Positions 1 through 9,059 of a stretch of 64,000 bases of DNA are shown one piece after another. The position numbers were made by a program, and so were the translations under genes. Location of the stretch: the NCBI GenBank assembly GCA_964539045.1, contig CAZIHW010000117.1, positions 17,230 to 81,229 of the forward strand. Reading direction: 5' to 3'. Origin of the DNA: an uncultured Eubacteriales bacterium (lineage in GTDB: Bacteria > Bacillota > Clostridia > Oscillospirales > Acutalibacteraceae). How positions within the stretch are numbered: position 1 is the stretch's first letter; every line of letters starts with the position of its first letter. The notes beneath the pieces are model-generated. The model did no database searches and was not told the DNA's origin. It saw only the letters and a program-made list of their open reading frames with translations.

Positions 1-183
1 GGGAGTCGCCGTGGAAACCTCTCCTAAAATGAAGAGTTCATTATTCTTACACGTAACTTCACAAGCTACCCGCGCATTCGGATCCTTTTCTATCAGTGCG
101 TCAAGAATACCGTCGCTTATTTGGTCACATATCTTATCGGGATGTCCTTTTGTAACGGATTCCGATGTGAAAAAATGATGCAT
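1..183 (-). CDS. metK: S-adenosylmethionine synthetase, N-terminal 61 codons (gene runs off the window start)
   Basis: My own reverse-strand translation from the ATG at 183 gives [43 protein letters not shown]. This is the conserved MetK N-terminus (FTSESV..GHPDK..DQISD). A GGAGGA lies upstream. It is missing from the ORF track because the window edge truncates it. Confidence 0.9.
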   Translation of the reverse strand, partial: MHHFFTSESVTKGHPDKICDQISDGILDALIEKDPNARVACEVTCKNNELFILGEVSTATP

Positions 184-204
184 ATTTTCCTCCAATACAT
201 CTTT

Positions 205-347
205 GAAAAAACGTAAAGCCCCTCGGTATTACCGAAGGGCTTTTATAAACCTTATCTTTCGGTATTAACCGCAGGATTTGGCACCTTAGCCTAAGCCAGG
301 TTGCCGGACGTCAATGGGCCTGTCCCTTACGTCTCTCTTGATAAGTA
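205..347 (-). promoter_or_regulatory. SAM-I (S-box) riboswitch with intrinsic terminator, leader of metK
   Basis: The reverse strand reads CTTATCAAGAGAG-ACGTAAGGGAC-AGGCCCATTGACGTCCGGCAACC...AAGGTGCCAAATCCTGC...GAAAGATAAG, which matches the S-box core. It is followed by the hairpin AAAGCCCTTCGGTAATACCGAGGGGCTTT plus a T-run, directly before the metK RBS. Confidence 0.85.
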
Positions 348-366
348 TATTTTATTTTACGTGTGT

Positions 367-395
367 ATTTTATTACTATTATCCCTACATGTCAA
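367..395 (-). promoter_or_regulatory. Sigma-A type promoter for the metK leader
   Basis: On the reverse strand there is TTGACA (395-390), a 17-nt spacer and TAAAAT (372-367), just upstream of the S-box. Confidence 0.5.
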
Positions 396-424
396 TAACA
401 GACAATAAAAATCATATCGTGGTT

Positions 425-1033
425 TTATTTATGGAGAATCGGGGAAATTCTCTTGTATATGAGGAATGTCATAGCTGACACAACAACTCCTTTTACAAAC
501 GTAAACGGGATATTGAATATGATAAGGGCCTTCGGCAATGTATCAACAGACGGAAGAATAGCTGTATATGCAGATATTATAACGCTCATGTCTCCGCCTG
601 CAAGTATAGTCGCATATATAGGATATATAATAAAGTAATTTACGGGGAAAGAAAAAACTGCCATACAAACAGCTCCGATGAATGCCCCGAGAGCTGCACT
701 TTTTTTACTTTTATTCCTATGGTAGATAATACCTGCGGGAACGCAGAAGAAGCAACCCAGTATGAAGTTCGAAAGTTCTCCTACCATCATAGAATTTGAG
801 GTCGTGAGGTGTATTGCATTTTTAATAAAGCAAACTGCTACTCCGCTCAGCGGACCGTATGCAAAGGCGGCTATAAGCTCCGGCAAGTCGGAAAAGTCGA
901 GTTTAATAAACGGCGGCATTATGGGTAAACTGACCTCAATAAATTGAAGCAGTACGGCTACTGCGGACATAACAGCGATAGTAGCCATCTTTCTTAGCTT
1001 TTTTTGATTTGTTGAAAGTTTTTTTTCTGACAT
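425..1033 (-). CDS. ribU: ECF transporter S component, riboflavin-type (RibU-like)
   Basis: 202-aa polytopic membrane protein with the RibU-like motif FIKLDFSDLPELIAAFAYGP. It lies directly downstream of an FMN riboswitch. Confidence 0.75.
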   Translation of the reverse strand: MSEKKLSTNQKKLRKMATIAVMSAVAVLLQFIEVSLPIMPPFIKLDFSDLPELIAAFAYGPLSGVAVCFIKNAIHLTTSNSMMVGELSNFILGCFFCVPAGIIYHRNKSKKSAALGAFIGAVCMAVFSFPVNYFIIYPIYATILAGGDMSVIISAYTAILPSVDTLPKALIIFNIPFTFVKGVVVSAMTFLIYKRISPILHK

Positions 1034-1071
1034 TTACTCAGATCCTTCTGATTTTATTTCTTCATGCGCAG

Positions 1072-1246
1072 CAAAAGAAAAAGCCCTGTGAAAAATCACA
1101 GGGCGATCAAGCGTAAAACGGCTGATTGTTTCTTCTTTCATCCAGACTTTACTGTCGGTACCGGAATCACACCGGTTCATGCGTTACCGCTCGCGGACTT
1201 TACCGCCGGTGAGGAATTTCACCTCGCCCTGAAGATAGAAGAATTC
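1072..1246 (-). promoter_or_regulatory. FMN riboswitch (RFN element) with terminator
   Basis: The reverse strand reads CTTCAGGGCGAGGTGAAATTCCTCACCGGCGGTAAAGTCCGCGAGCG...GAACCGGTGTGATTCCGGTACCGACAGTAAAGTCTGGATGAAAGAAGAA, the RFN core. It is followed by the hairpin GCCCTGTGATTTTTCACAGGGC plus a T-run. Confidence 0.85.
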
Positions 1247-1346
1247 TAACATCTATTTTTGATATTGTCAACATAGACGCAGGCTAACGTATAAAACAGG
1301 AATTTGTTGCCAAGACTTTTAATATAAATTATCGGGAGGCGAGCGT

Positions 1347-1592
1347 ATGGCAATTGAACTTTATAAGAAGCTTAACGAAGAGGAACAACTTATAGAAGAT
1401 ATACGAACCGTGGCACAACAGCTTGAATTGGTGAAGACAAGGTTTGAATTTGAGTCGGATGAAGACTTGGTGGAGGCTTGCATTTATGAAATACAGGCCC
1501 TTACCGCGAGATACAGGTATTTGATAAGAACCGCAAAAGAGCAAAAAATGAAGAGCACTGATATAGGTGCTCTGTATGTACGGTCAGCTTAG
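1347..1592 (+). CDS. YaaL-like small protein (DUF2508-like)
   Basis: 81 aa. It carries the pattern D.DLVEACIYEI.AL.ARYRYLIRTAKEQ, which is typical of YaaL-family proteins. Confidence 0.55.
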   Translation: MAIELYKKLNEEEQLIEDIRTVAQQLELVKTRFEFESDEDLVEACIYEIQALTARYRYLIRTAKEQKMKSTDIGALYVRSA

Positions 1593-1607
1593 CAGCCTGA
1601 TAATAGC

Positions 1608-1646
1608 TTAGCCTGACAGCGCGAGTACAAATTCGTGCCGTCAGGC
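1608..1646. repeat. REP-like palindromic element, copy A
   Basis: Sequence TTAGCCTGACAGCGCGAGTACAAATTCGTGCCGTCAGGC. The left arm is identical to the copy at 28207. A partial duplication AGCTTAGCAGCCTGA precedes it, overlapping the yaaL-like stop codon. Confidence 0.5.
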
Positions 1647-1674
1647 CGGAGAATTGCTTAGCCAAAAATATGGT

Positions 1675-2961
1675 TTATTTCAAACTTTCTATCATGTGTA
1701 TACGGACATCTCCCGCGAGATACAGTGATCCGCATACGATCAAGGCTTCGTTTGCACTAACGAGAGATTTTGCAAAATCGTATGCTTGACAGGGCTCGTT
1801 TATCGAAGTGCAGTCTTTACAATACACGGAAACCTTCTCACAAAGCTCCGGAGCTGACATAGCTCTGGGGTTTTTCGGTTTCGTTGTAATAATTCTTTTT
1901 GCGAGGGGAGCGAGGTGATGAACTACTTTTTCTACCTCTTTATCTGCCATTACACCAAGTACAAGAGTTATTTCTCTGTCCGAAATATATCGCTTTATTG
2001 TTTCAGCAAGAGCCCGGGCTCCGTCCTCATTATGTCCGCCGTCAAGAATTGTCAGAGGCCGATTTGACAAGACCTCCACCCTTGCGGGGATTCGGGTTTT
2101 CTCTATTCCTGCCTTTATAGCTCCATCGCTTATGTCATAACCCTGCTCTTTCAGAGCGTCAATAATGCAAAGTGTTGTAGATAGGTTATCTATTTGATGG
2201 GGTCCTATGAGAGGGAGCTTCATCTTTAATCCCATGTACTCAACAATGTTGCCGTCTATTGTTTCGTTCATCGAATTTATGAGCTCGGGGTTTGCGGCGA
2301 CAAACTTGTTGCTTTTATTCTTTGCGGTCGTTCTTATTATATCGAATGCTGCCGGGTACTTTTGGGGAGAGCATACGGTATATCCGTTGTCCTTGATAAT
2401 ACCTGCTTTGCTTTCCGCAATTTCCTCTATGGTATTTCCTAAAACTCCCATATGGTCTAAAGAAAGAGAGACGATAGCTGAAACAAGTGGCGTGTCTATG
2501 ACATTTGTTGAATCAAGGGTTCCCCCAAGGCCTACCTCCAATACAACTACGTCACAGTTTTCCTCCTTAAAAAAGAGAAATGCGACGGCGGTAATAAACT
2601 CGAATTCGGTCGGCTGGATACCCTCGGATACCAATATTTCCATGACAGATTTTACGCGTTCTGTAAGCCTTATGAGACTCTCCTTTGGAATCATAACTCC
2701 GTCTATCTGGATTCTTTCGCGGAAATCGGAAACATAAGGAGAGGTAAACAATCCGGTTTTATATCCGGATTCAGATAAGATGTTGGCGGTTTCTGTGCAC
2801 ACAGACCCCTTTCCGTTAGTTCCGGCTACGTGAATATATCTGAGCCCCTTTTCCGGATGTTGTAGTTTGTCCAAAAGGGCATTTATTCTCTCGAAACCCG
2901 GCTGTGAGCCGAAAACTGCCAGTCCCTCTATGTACTCAATAGCTTCTGCGTAGTTCATCAT
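1675..2961 (-). CDS. folC: Bifunctional folylpolyglutamate synthase / dihydrofolate synthase
   Basis: 428 aa. It has the Mur-ligase P-loop HVAGTNGKGS and FolC-type overall architecture. Confidence 0.85.
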   Translation of the reverse strand: MMNYAEAIEYIEGLAVFGSQPGFERINALLDKLQHPEKGLRYIHVAGTNGKGSVCTETANILSESGYKTGLFTSPYVSDFRERIQIDGVMIPKESLIRLTERVKSVMEILVSEGIQPTEFEFITAVAFLFFKEENCDVVVLEVGLGGTLDSTNVIDTPLVSAIVSLSLDHMGVLGNTIEEIAESKAGIIKDNGYTVCSPQKYPAAFDIIRTTAKNKSNKFVAANPELINSMNETIDGNIVEYMGLKMKLPLIGPHQIDNLSTTLCIIDALKEQGYDISDGAIKAGIEKTRIPARVEVLSNRPLTILDGGHNEDGARALAETIKRYISDREITLVLGVMADKEVEKVVHHLAPLAKRIITTKPKNPRAMSAPELCEKVSVYCKDCTSINEPCQAYDFAKSLVSANEALIVCGSLYLAGDVRIHMIESLK

Positions 2962-2976
2962 AATAATTCCTTTTCT

Positions 2977-3684
2977 TCAACTAAAGAATGTATGGCTCTT
3001 TGTAAAATCAGTGAATTTAATATAAAAATCGATTTTCCTGCGCCTGCTCAGAGGCAAATCGTCGGAATTTCTCATTTTCACACTTTCCTGATTAAAAGAA
3101 TCCACATACATCATATTAATAGCAAACGAACGATGTATCAAGAAGAAATATTCTTCCGGCAACTGTTCTACAAGTTGATTGAAGGATGTTGAAGCTATCA
3201 TTGGCTCCTTAGCAGTGAAAATACGTGTATGTTTACCCGATGCCTCAACATACAAAATTTCGTCCGTACAAAACGATCGAAATACATTATCAACCTTTGC
3301 TATGACCATTTTATAGGAAAAACTGTCCCTCCTATAAGACTCTATGGCTTCGATAACAGATATAGGCTCAGGTGGTTTCATCAGAAAGCGGTGTGCCTTC
3401 ACCTTGAAAGCATCATACACTGTGTTGATATCTCCTGAAAGTAAGACCAGTGCCACTTCCGGACATGCTGTCTTCACAAGTCCTGCCGTCTCGATAGCCG
3501 ATTTGCCGTCAAAATCGTCATCAATAAAGATTATATCAAAGTTATTTTCCGAATTCAAAAAAACGTTATAACTTGTGAATGAAACTATATTGATTTTCAG
3601 AAACTTTCGAATGGCATACTCGTTTATAACTCTATGCAACGTGTTATCCAGTTTGGGTTCAGCAGATAATATAGCTACCTGCAT
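2977..3684 (-). CDS. LytR/AlgR-family response regulator (receiver + LytTR DNA-binding domain); no histidine kinase adjacent
   Basis: 235 aa. Receiver-like N-terminus (IIFIDDDFDG, LMKP) and LytTR C-terminus (ILYVEASGKHTRIF..., FLIHRSFAINMMYV). Confidence 0.8.
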   Translation of the reverse strand: MQVAILSAEPKLDNTLHRVINEYAIRKFLKINIVSFTSYNVFLNSENNFDIIFIDDDFDGKSAIETAGLVKTACPEVALVLLSGDINTVYDAFKVKAHRFLMKPPEPISVIEAIESYRRDSFSYKMVIAKVDNVFRSFCTDEILYVEASGKHTRIFTAKEPMIASTSFNQLVEQLPEEYFFLIHRSFAINMMYVDSFNQESVKMRNSDDLPLSRRRKIDFYIKFTDFTKSHTFFS

Positions 3685-3727
3685 ATATACTCCTCCTTAT
3701 CCATATTTCCGGCAAGAGGAGTATATA
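3684..3727. promoter_or_regulatory. Perfect 12-bp inverted repeat covering the SD and start codon of the LytTR gene
   Basis: TATATACTCCTC (3684-3695) and GAGGAGTATATA (3716-3727) are separated by a 20-nt loop. On the minus-strand mRNA, the arm at 3695-3684 reads GAGGAGTATATA; it carries the SD and ends at the A of the ATG. Confidence 0.5.
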
Positions 3728-3872
3728 ACAATTTGTACTATAATTACAACTAAGTGTTCTTTGGAAAGGGTTTAACTACCTTTTATTCTTCTTTTTATAC
3801 CTTCTGTTCCGGTTTCGAGATTTTTTGAAAATGATGATATATATTGTATTTGAAAAAAGCTCGGAGGTAGTT

Positions 3873-4382
3873 ATGGAAAACAAAACCAGTGATGTTATAT
3901 CAGAATATTACAGGCTTTACAAAGATGCGCTTTACCGTATGGCGTATTCAAAGCTGAAGGATTCGTACTTAGCTGAGGACTGCGTTCAGGACGCTTTTTT
4001 AGCGCTTTATGAAGCAATATCGTCGGGTAATCGCGAGATAAAAGCATATCCGTTTCTGAAAAAGGTTGTATCCAACAGGGTCGCAAGAACGATACATAAT
4101 TCGTGCAGGGACATGAAGAGCGGAGAGGAGTCCTTTTTGCTTTTCGGTACAGCGGAGAGGTCGGCGGAGGATATATTGGTGGCATCTGAGATGTCGCAGC
4201 TTCTTGATTGTGCCCTGAAACGTCAACCGGTAGAGAACAGCGTCGCGCTCATTTACCATTACGGATATGGGCTTGATTACAAGAACACCGGAAAGATAAT
4301 ATCCAAATCAGAGCGGGCAACACAAAAAACGATATCCCGTACATTGCATAGCGTAAGAAGAGATATAAGGGGGAGGGAATAA
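3873..4382 (+). CDS. Sigma-70 family RNA polymerase sigma factor (ECF-like size)
   Basis: Region 2-like AEDCVQDAFLALYEA and a region 4 HTH (LDYKNTGKIISKSERATQKTISRTL). I chose the internal ATG at 3873, which follows a GGAGG, rather than the track start at 3825. Confidence 0.75.
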   Translation: MENKTSDVISEYYRLYKDALYRMAYSKLKDSYLAEDCVQDAFLALYEAISSGNREIKAYPFLKKVVSNRVARTIHNSCRDMKSGEESFLLFGTAERSAEDILVASEMSQLLDCALKRQPVENSVALIYHYGYGLDYKNTGKIISKSERATQKTISRTLHSVRRDIRGRE

Positions 4383-4383
4383 T

Positions 4384-5388
4384 ATGTTTTTAAATAAAGA
4401 CGATGAAAACATAATAAGGTACAGAGTAGAAAAGTATGAGGATTTTGATGAGTTTTCGTTCAATGTTCTGAAGGCAAATCAAATTGACGGAGTTATAACT
4501 CTCGGAAAAACGGTGGAGGATGGAAGAAAAAAGCCGACCCTTCTGTTGGCTGTGTCAAATGTGGTTCATATAAGCAATGTACTGGGCGACTCAGAGAATA
4601 CATTTGAGGATGTAAACCACTTTGTCCATCAGGCTATCGAAACCATACACAGAATAGAAAATTATTTGCTGCCGAAAAATGAGCTGATTTTCTCTCCGGA
4701 ATTGTGCTTTGCGGAGGAAAGGGATGGGGAGTACAACCTACGATTGCCTGTTGTACCGGCATCGCTGTCCCTAAGTGCCTCGTATAGGATGCAGGATGTG
4801 TTTGCATACTTTTTAGCCTGCGGTAATTATAAAAACGAGCAGGAAAAAGCGTGTGCAATGGAGCTCATTTCGTATTTGTATTCGCCGGATTATGACGAGA
4901 CGGAATTTTTGGAGAGGCTGAATGATGTTATAGGGCACGTGAATGAAAATATGAAGCCGAAAAAGGAAAAGCGCGTGTCACTGCTTAAAGGTATAGTCTC
5001 ACGGCTTGGTTCCCATACGGGAGAAAAGAGAGAGCTTGATGACGAACTGTTTTTCACGGAGGAGGAAGACGGCAAAGGTCATAGGCTGTTCTTTTTGTCA
5101 GTCAGGAGTACAGGGGTGGAATTTCCGCTGGTGATAGGACCGGAATTCATAGGAACCGATCCCAATACGTGTAGTATATGTTTTAAAAATGAAACCCATA
5201 CTGATATAGAAAAAGAGCATTGCAAAATAACCATTTCAAATGAAAGGTGTTACGTTCGGGATCTGGAATCAACGAGCGGTACGTTTATAAACGGAAAAAG
5301 AATAGACACGAACAAAAAATATGAGCTTAAAAGTGCCGATGTGTTGAAAGTGGGTTGTGAGGAGCTGATTTTTTCTTTGAGAAATTAA
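4384..5388 (+). CDS. FHA domain-containing protein with an uncharacterised N-terminal domain
   Basis: 334 aa. C-terminal FHA signature (YVRDLESTSGTFINGKRI...LKSADVLKVG). No TM segment. The ATG lies 1 nt after the sigma factor stop. Confidence 0.75.
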   Translation: MFLNKDDENIIRYRVEKYEDFDEFSFNVLKANQIDGVITLGKTVEDGRKKPTLLLAVSNVVHISNVLGDSENTFEDVNHFVHQAIETIHRIENYLLPKNELIFSPELCFAEERDGEYNLRLPVVPASLSLSASYRMQDVFAYFLACGNYKNEQEKACAMELISYLYSPDYDETEFLERLNDVIGHVNENMKPKKEKRVSLLKGIVSRLGSHTGEKRELDDELFFTEEEDGKGHRLFFLSVRSTGVEFPLVIGPEFIGTDPNTCSICFKNETHTDIEKEHCKITISNERCYVRDLESTSGTFINGKRIDTNKKYELKSADVLKVGCEELIFSLRN

Positions 5389-5421
5389 TTTTGCAGAGTG
5401 CTAAATTTTTTAAAAATACTG

Positions 5422-5450
5422 TTGACTTCTAGGTTTTCAGGTGGTACATT
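5422..5450 (+). promoter_or_regulatory. Probable sigma-A promoter of the hrcA operon
   Basis: TTGACT, a 17-nt spacer and TACATT, about 10 nt upstream of CIRCE. Confidence 0.45.
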
Positions 5451-5460
5451 ATATATGCAT

Positions 5461-5487
5461 TTAGCACTCGAACCAAAGGAGTGCTAA
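5461..5487 (+). promoter_or_regulatory. CIRCE operator (HrcA binding site)
   Basis: TTAGCACTC-N9-GAGTGCTAA is an exact match to the CIRCE consensus. It sits immediately upstream of hrcA. Confidence 0.95.
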
Positions 5488-5493
5488 ACAAAA

Positions 5494-6570
5494 ATGCGGG
5501 GTGGTGAGAAAGTGCTTCCGCCAAGACGACAAAAGATTTTGGCTGCTATAGTTGAACAGTATATAGAAACCGGGGAGCCGGTCGGCTCAAAAGCGTTGCT
5601 TTCAAGGCTGACATTCGATGTTTCATCGGCGACTATAAGAAACGAGATGGCAGAGCTTACAAATGAAGGGTTTATTACACAGCCGCATACTTCAGCCGGT
5701 CGTGTCCCGACTCAGTATGGATACAGGTACTATGTAGATAACCTCATGGAAGTAAAGGATTTGTCCGACAACGACAGAAGGCAGATCGAGTCAGGCGTCG
5801 ATTACAGGTCGGGTGATCCGGAACAATTGCTTTCAAAGGCCGGAGAAGCGCTTGTTGATTTCACAAATTTTGCCGCTATTTCAACAACTCCTGCAGATGA
5901 AAATGCCTATATAAAGAATATCGAGATGGTGCAGATAAGTCCGAGGACGGCAATGATTGTCCTCCTGACGTCAACAGGTATTCTCAAGAGTAAGGCCTGC
6001 AGAACAGATGTTGAGATAACAGAAGATTTGCGACTCACTTTTACCGATATAGTAAAGCAGAACTTTTTCGGAAGACCGCTCGCCGATGTCGGCACAGTAA
6101 TGATACAGACTTTGGTTGCGAGCCTTGGGGCAAAGGCTTTGTCCATGTCTCCGCTTTTGGTAACAATAGCAGACCTGGCGGCGGCAGCCTCACAGTCTGA
6201 GATAAGTCTTTCGGGACAGTCAAATTTGCTCGGGTATAAGGAATATGACCAAAACGCCGGTCAATTGCTGGATTTCCTGCACAGATCGGAACCTCTTGGA
6301 ATGCTTGTATCTTCTTCTGATACGGATAAGGACATAGAGGTGCGTATCGGCAGCGAGAACAGGTATAAGGAGCTGGAGAATTCCAGCGTGATAATTTCAA
6401 AGTACAAGATAGGCGAAAATGCCACCGGTGCTATCGGAATTATCGGACCGACCAGAATGAACTATTCCAAAATCATTCCGAGTATCAAATATCTTACCGA
6501 CATAGTCAGCAAACTTTTGTCGGAGGTTTATGAGGAGGAGAATACCGGTGTCGAAAGAGACGAAGAATAA
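5494..6570 (+). CDS. hrcA: Heat-inducible transcription repressor HrcA
   Basis: N-terminus RRQKILAAIVEQYIETGEPVGSKAL. Operon context hrcA-grpE-dnaK-dnaJ. The exact start is uncertain; a GTG at 5512 is also possible. Confidence 0.9.
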   Translation: MRGGEKVLPPRRQKILAAIVEQYIETGEPVGSKALLSRLTFDVSSATIRNEMAELTNEGFITQPHTSAGRVPTQYGYRYYVDNLMEVKDLSDNDRRQIESGVDYRSGDPEQLLSKAGEALVDFTNFAAISTTPADENAYIKNIEMVQISPRTAMIVLLTSTGILKSKACRTDVEITEDLRLTFTDIVKQNFFGRPLADVGTVMIQTLVASLGAKALSMSPLLVTIADLAAAASQSEISLSGQSNLLGYKEYDQNAGQLLDFLHRSEPLGMLVSSSDTDKDIEVRIGSENRYKELENSSVIISKYKIGENATGAIGIIGPTRMNYSKIIPSIKYLTDIVSKLLSEVYEEENTGVERDEE

Positions 6571-7093
6571 ACCGGAAGAAAAGGAAATCACCGGAGCCGA
6601 TATAACAGAGGATCCGAAGGAGACTGAGGAGAGGGAAGAGGTTTCCGAACCTGATGAACTTGAAAAGGTGAGTTCCGAACTTGCGGCTCAGAAGGAAGCA
6701 TATCTTCGACTTGCGGCCGAGTATGATAACTATCGTAAACGTACCGCTAAAGAAAAGGAAGATACTTTTACAAATGCTAAAGCAACCGTGTTTGAAGAAC
6801 TTCTTCCGGTTCTAGATAATTTTGACAGGGCTTTGGCTGCGGGGGACACCTCGCTTGAAGATTTTAAAAAGGGCATAGATATGACATATTCACAGCTCCT
6901 GGGAATTTTTGAAAAGTTCGGAGTTAAGCCGTTTTGTGAAGCCGGTGAGCAGTTCGATCCCAATTTCCATAACGCTGTGATGCATGATGATGACCCATCA
7001 CTTGAAGCAAATGTGATTACCGAAGTATTCCAGAAAGGATACAAAATCGGTGAAAAAGTATTGAGACACGCCATGGTGAAAGTGGCAAACTAG
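6548..7093 (+). CDS. grpE: Nucleotide exchange factor GrpE
   Basis: GrpE core (LRLAAEYDNYRKRTAKE...FDPNFHNAVM). The GTG at 6548 follows AGGAGGAG and is preferred over the track start at 6530. It overlaps the end of hrcA. Confidence 0.9.
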   Translation: MSKETKNKPEEKEITGADITEDPKETEEREEVSEPDELEKVSSELAAQKEAYLRLAAEYDNYRKRTAKEKEDTFTNAKATVFEELLPVLDNFDRALAAGDTSLEDFKKGIDMTYSQLLGIFEKFGVKPFCEAGEQFDPNFHNAVMHDDDPSLEANVITEVFQKGYKIGEKVLRHAMVKVAN

Positions 7094-7141
7094 ATTAACC
7101 TAAACTTTATTTCTTATTTGATCTTAATTGGAGGCATAATT

Positions 7142-8986
7142 ATGGCAAAAATAGTAGGTATTGACCTTGGTACAACAAACTCTTGCGTAGCAGTTATCGA
7201 AGGCGGCGAGCCTGTAGTTATAGCTAATGCTGAAGGTGCGCGTACAACCCCGTCAGTAGTGGCATTCGGCGCCGACGGAGAAAGAATGGTAGGTCAGGTT
7301 GCCAAAAGACAGGCAATCAGAAATCCGGATAAAACAGTTTCATCAATAAAGCGTCAGATGGGTACAGACTACAAAGTTGATATCGACGGCAAAAAGTTCA
7401 CTCCGCAGGAGATTTCAGCTATGATTCTTCAGAAGCTCAAGGCTGATGCAGAGGCTTATCTCGGAGACACAATAACAGAGGCTGTTATCACAGTTCCGGC
7501 TTATTTCACAGATTCACAGCGTCAGGCAACAAAGGATGCAGGTAAGATTGCAGGCTTTGAAGTAAAGAGAATTATCAACGAGCCTACAGCTGCCGCTCTT
7601 GCATACGGTATCGATAAAGAAGCTGATCAAAAAATCATGGTATACGACCTCGGCGGTGGTACATTTGATGTATCCATTATCGAAATGGGCGACGGTGTAC
7701 AAGAGGTTCTGGCAACAGCAGGTAACAATCGCCTCGGCGGTGATGACTTCGACCAGAGAATCATAGATTTTCTCGCAGATGAGTTTAAAAAGGCAGAGGG
7801 TATAGACCTCAAGGGCGATAAGATGGCTATGCAGCGTCTTAAGGAAGCTGCTGAGAAAGCTAAGATTGAACTTTCGGGCGTAACCTCAACAACGGTTTCT
7901 CTTCCGTTTATCACAGCAGATGCTAACGGACCGAAGCACCTTGAAATGACTATAAGCCGTGCTAAGTTCAACGAACTCACTGCAGATCTTGTTGAGAAGA
8001 CAATGGGTCCGGTTAAGCAGGCTATTTCAGACTCAGGTCTTAAGACCTCAGAGATAGATAAGGTTCTCATGGTTGGTGGTTCTTCAAGAATCCCGGCAGT
8101 ACAGGAAGCTGTTCAGAAGTTTATCGGTAAGGAGCCATTCAAGGGAATAAATCCTGATGAATGTGTTGCTATGGGTGCAGCCCTTCAGGGCGGTGTTCTC
8201 GGCGGAGATGTAAAGGGTCTTCTTCTTCTCGATGTTACTCCGTTGTCACTTGGTATTGAAACCCTCGGCGGTGTATGCACAAAGATTATTGAAAGAAATA
8301 CAACTATTCCGACAAAGAAGAGCCAGATTTTCTCAACAGCTGCAGATAATCAGACCTCTGTTGAAGTAAACGTACTTCAGGGAGAGCGCGAATTCGCAAA
8401 AGATAACAAGCAGCTCGGAATGTTCCATCTTGACGGAATTCTTCCTGCACGACGCGGTACACCTCAGATTGAGGTAACATTTGATATAGATGCAAATGGT
8501 ATAGTTCATGTATCTGCAAAAGACCTCGGAACAGGAAAAGAGCAGTCTATATCTATAACTGCTTCTTCAAATATGTCCAAAGATGACATAGATAAGGCAG
8601 TACGTGAGGCAGAGCAGTTTGCTGCTGAAGACAAACAGCGTCGTGAAGATGTTGATACAAGAAATGCCGCAGATCAGATGGTATTCCAGTGCGAAAAGAT
8701 CCTCCAGGAGGAAGGCGACAAGTTTGAGAGCGCTGACAAGGATGATCTTAATGCAAAGATAGACGCACTTAAGGAAGCACTTAAGGGCGAGGATATGAAT
8801 CTCATTAAGAACAGACAGGAAGAATTGCAGGCTAAGTTCTATGAGATATCGGAGAAGCTCTATAAGGCAAATGCTCCTGAGGGCGGTGCTGCAGGCTTTG
8901 ATCCGTCAGCTGCAGGATTTAATCAGGGTGCAGCAGGTGCCGGTGCTGCAGACGCAAATGACGTAGAGTTTACCGACGTTGACTGA
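7142..8986 (+). CDS. dnaK: Molecular chaperone DnaK (Hsp70)
   Basis: [28 protein letters not shown] and other Hsp70 signatures. Confidence 0.97.
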   Translation: MAKIVGIDLGTTNSCVAVIEGGEPVVIANAEGARTTPSVVAFGADGERMVGQVAKRQAIRNPDKTVSSIKRQMGTDYKVDIDGKKFTPQEISAMILQKLKADAEAYLGDTITEAVITVPAYFTDSQRQATKDAGKIAGFEVKRIINEPTAAALAYGIDKEADQKIMVYDLGGGTFDVSIIEMGDGVQEVLATAGNNRLGGDDFDQRIIDFLADEFKKAEGIDLKGDKMAMQRLKEAAEKAKIELSGVTSTTVSLPFITADANGPKHLEMTISRAKFNELTADLVEKTMGPVKQAISDSGLKTSEIDKVLMVGGSSRIPAVQEAVQKFIGKEPFKGINPDECVAMGAALQGGVLGGDVKGLLLLDVTPLSLGIETLGGVCTKIIERNTTIPTKKSQIFSTAADNQTSVEVNVLQGEREFAKDNKQLGMFHLDGILPARRGTPQIEVTFDIDANGIVHVSAKDLGTGKEQSISITASSNMSKDDIDKAVREAEQFAAEDKQRREDVDTRNAADQMVFQCEKILQEEGDKFESADKDDLNAKIDALKEALKGEDMNLIKNRQEELQAKFYEISEKLYKANAPEGGAAGFDPSAAGFNQGAAGAGAADANDVEFTDVD

Positions 8987-9059
8987 TAACTTTATAATTA
9001 CAGGGCGACCGGATGATATCCCTTCGCCCTAAAACTTTAAAAAGAGCGAGGTTTTCCCC

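Noticed and set aside
1064-1249. 61-aa plus-strand ORF
   Set aside because: It coincides exactly with the FMN riboswitch and its terminator on the other strand. The RNA element explains the sequence.
2207-2737. 176-aa ORF antisense to folC, and similar antisense ORFs inside dnaK (7627-8070), recG (27736-28188) and the MATE gene (41597-41992)
   Set aside because: All are nested in strong opposite-strand genes and lack independent support.
5393-5404. Second CIRCE-like half site (GAGTGCTAA) upstream of the hrcA promoter
   Set aside because: Only one arm is present with no partner at N9 spacing, so it is probably fortuitous or a relic.
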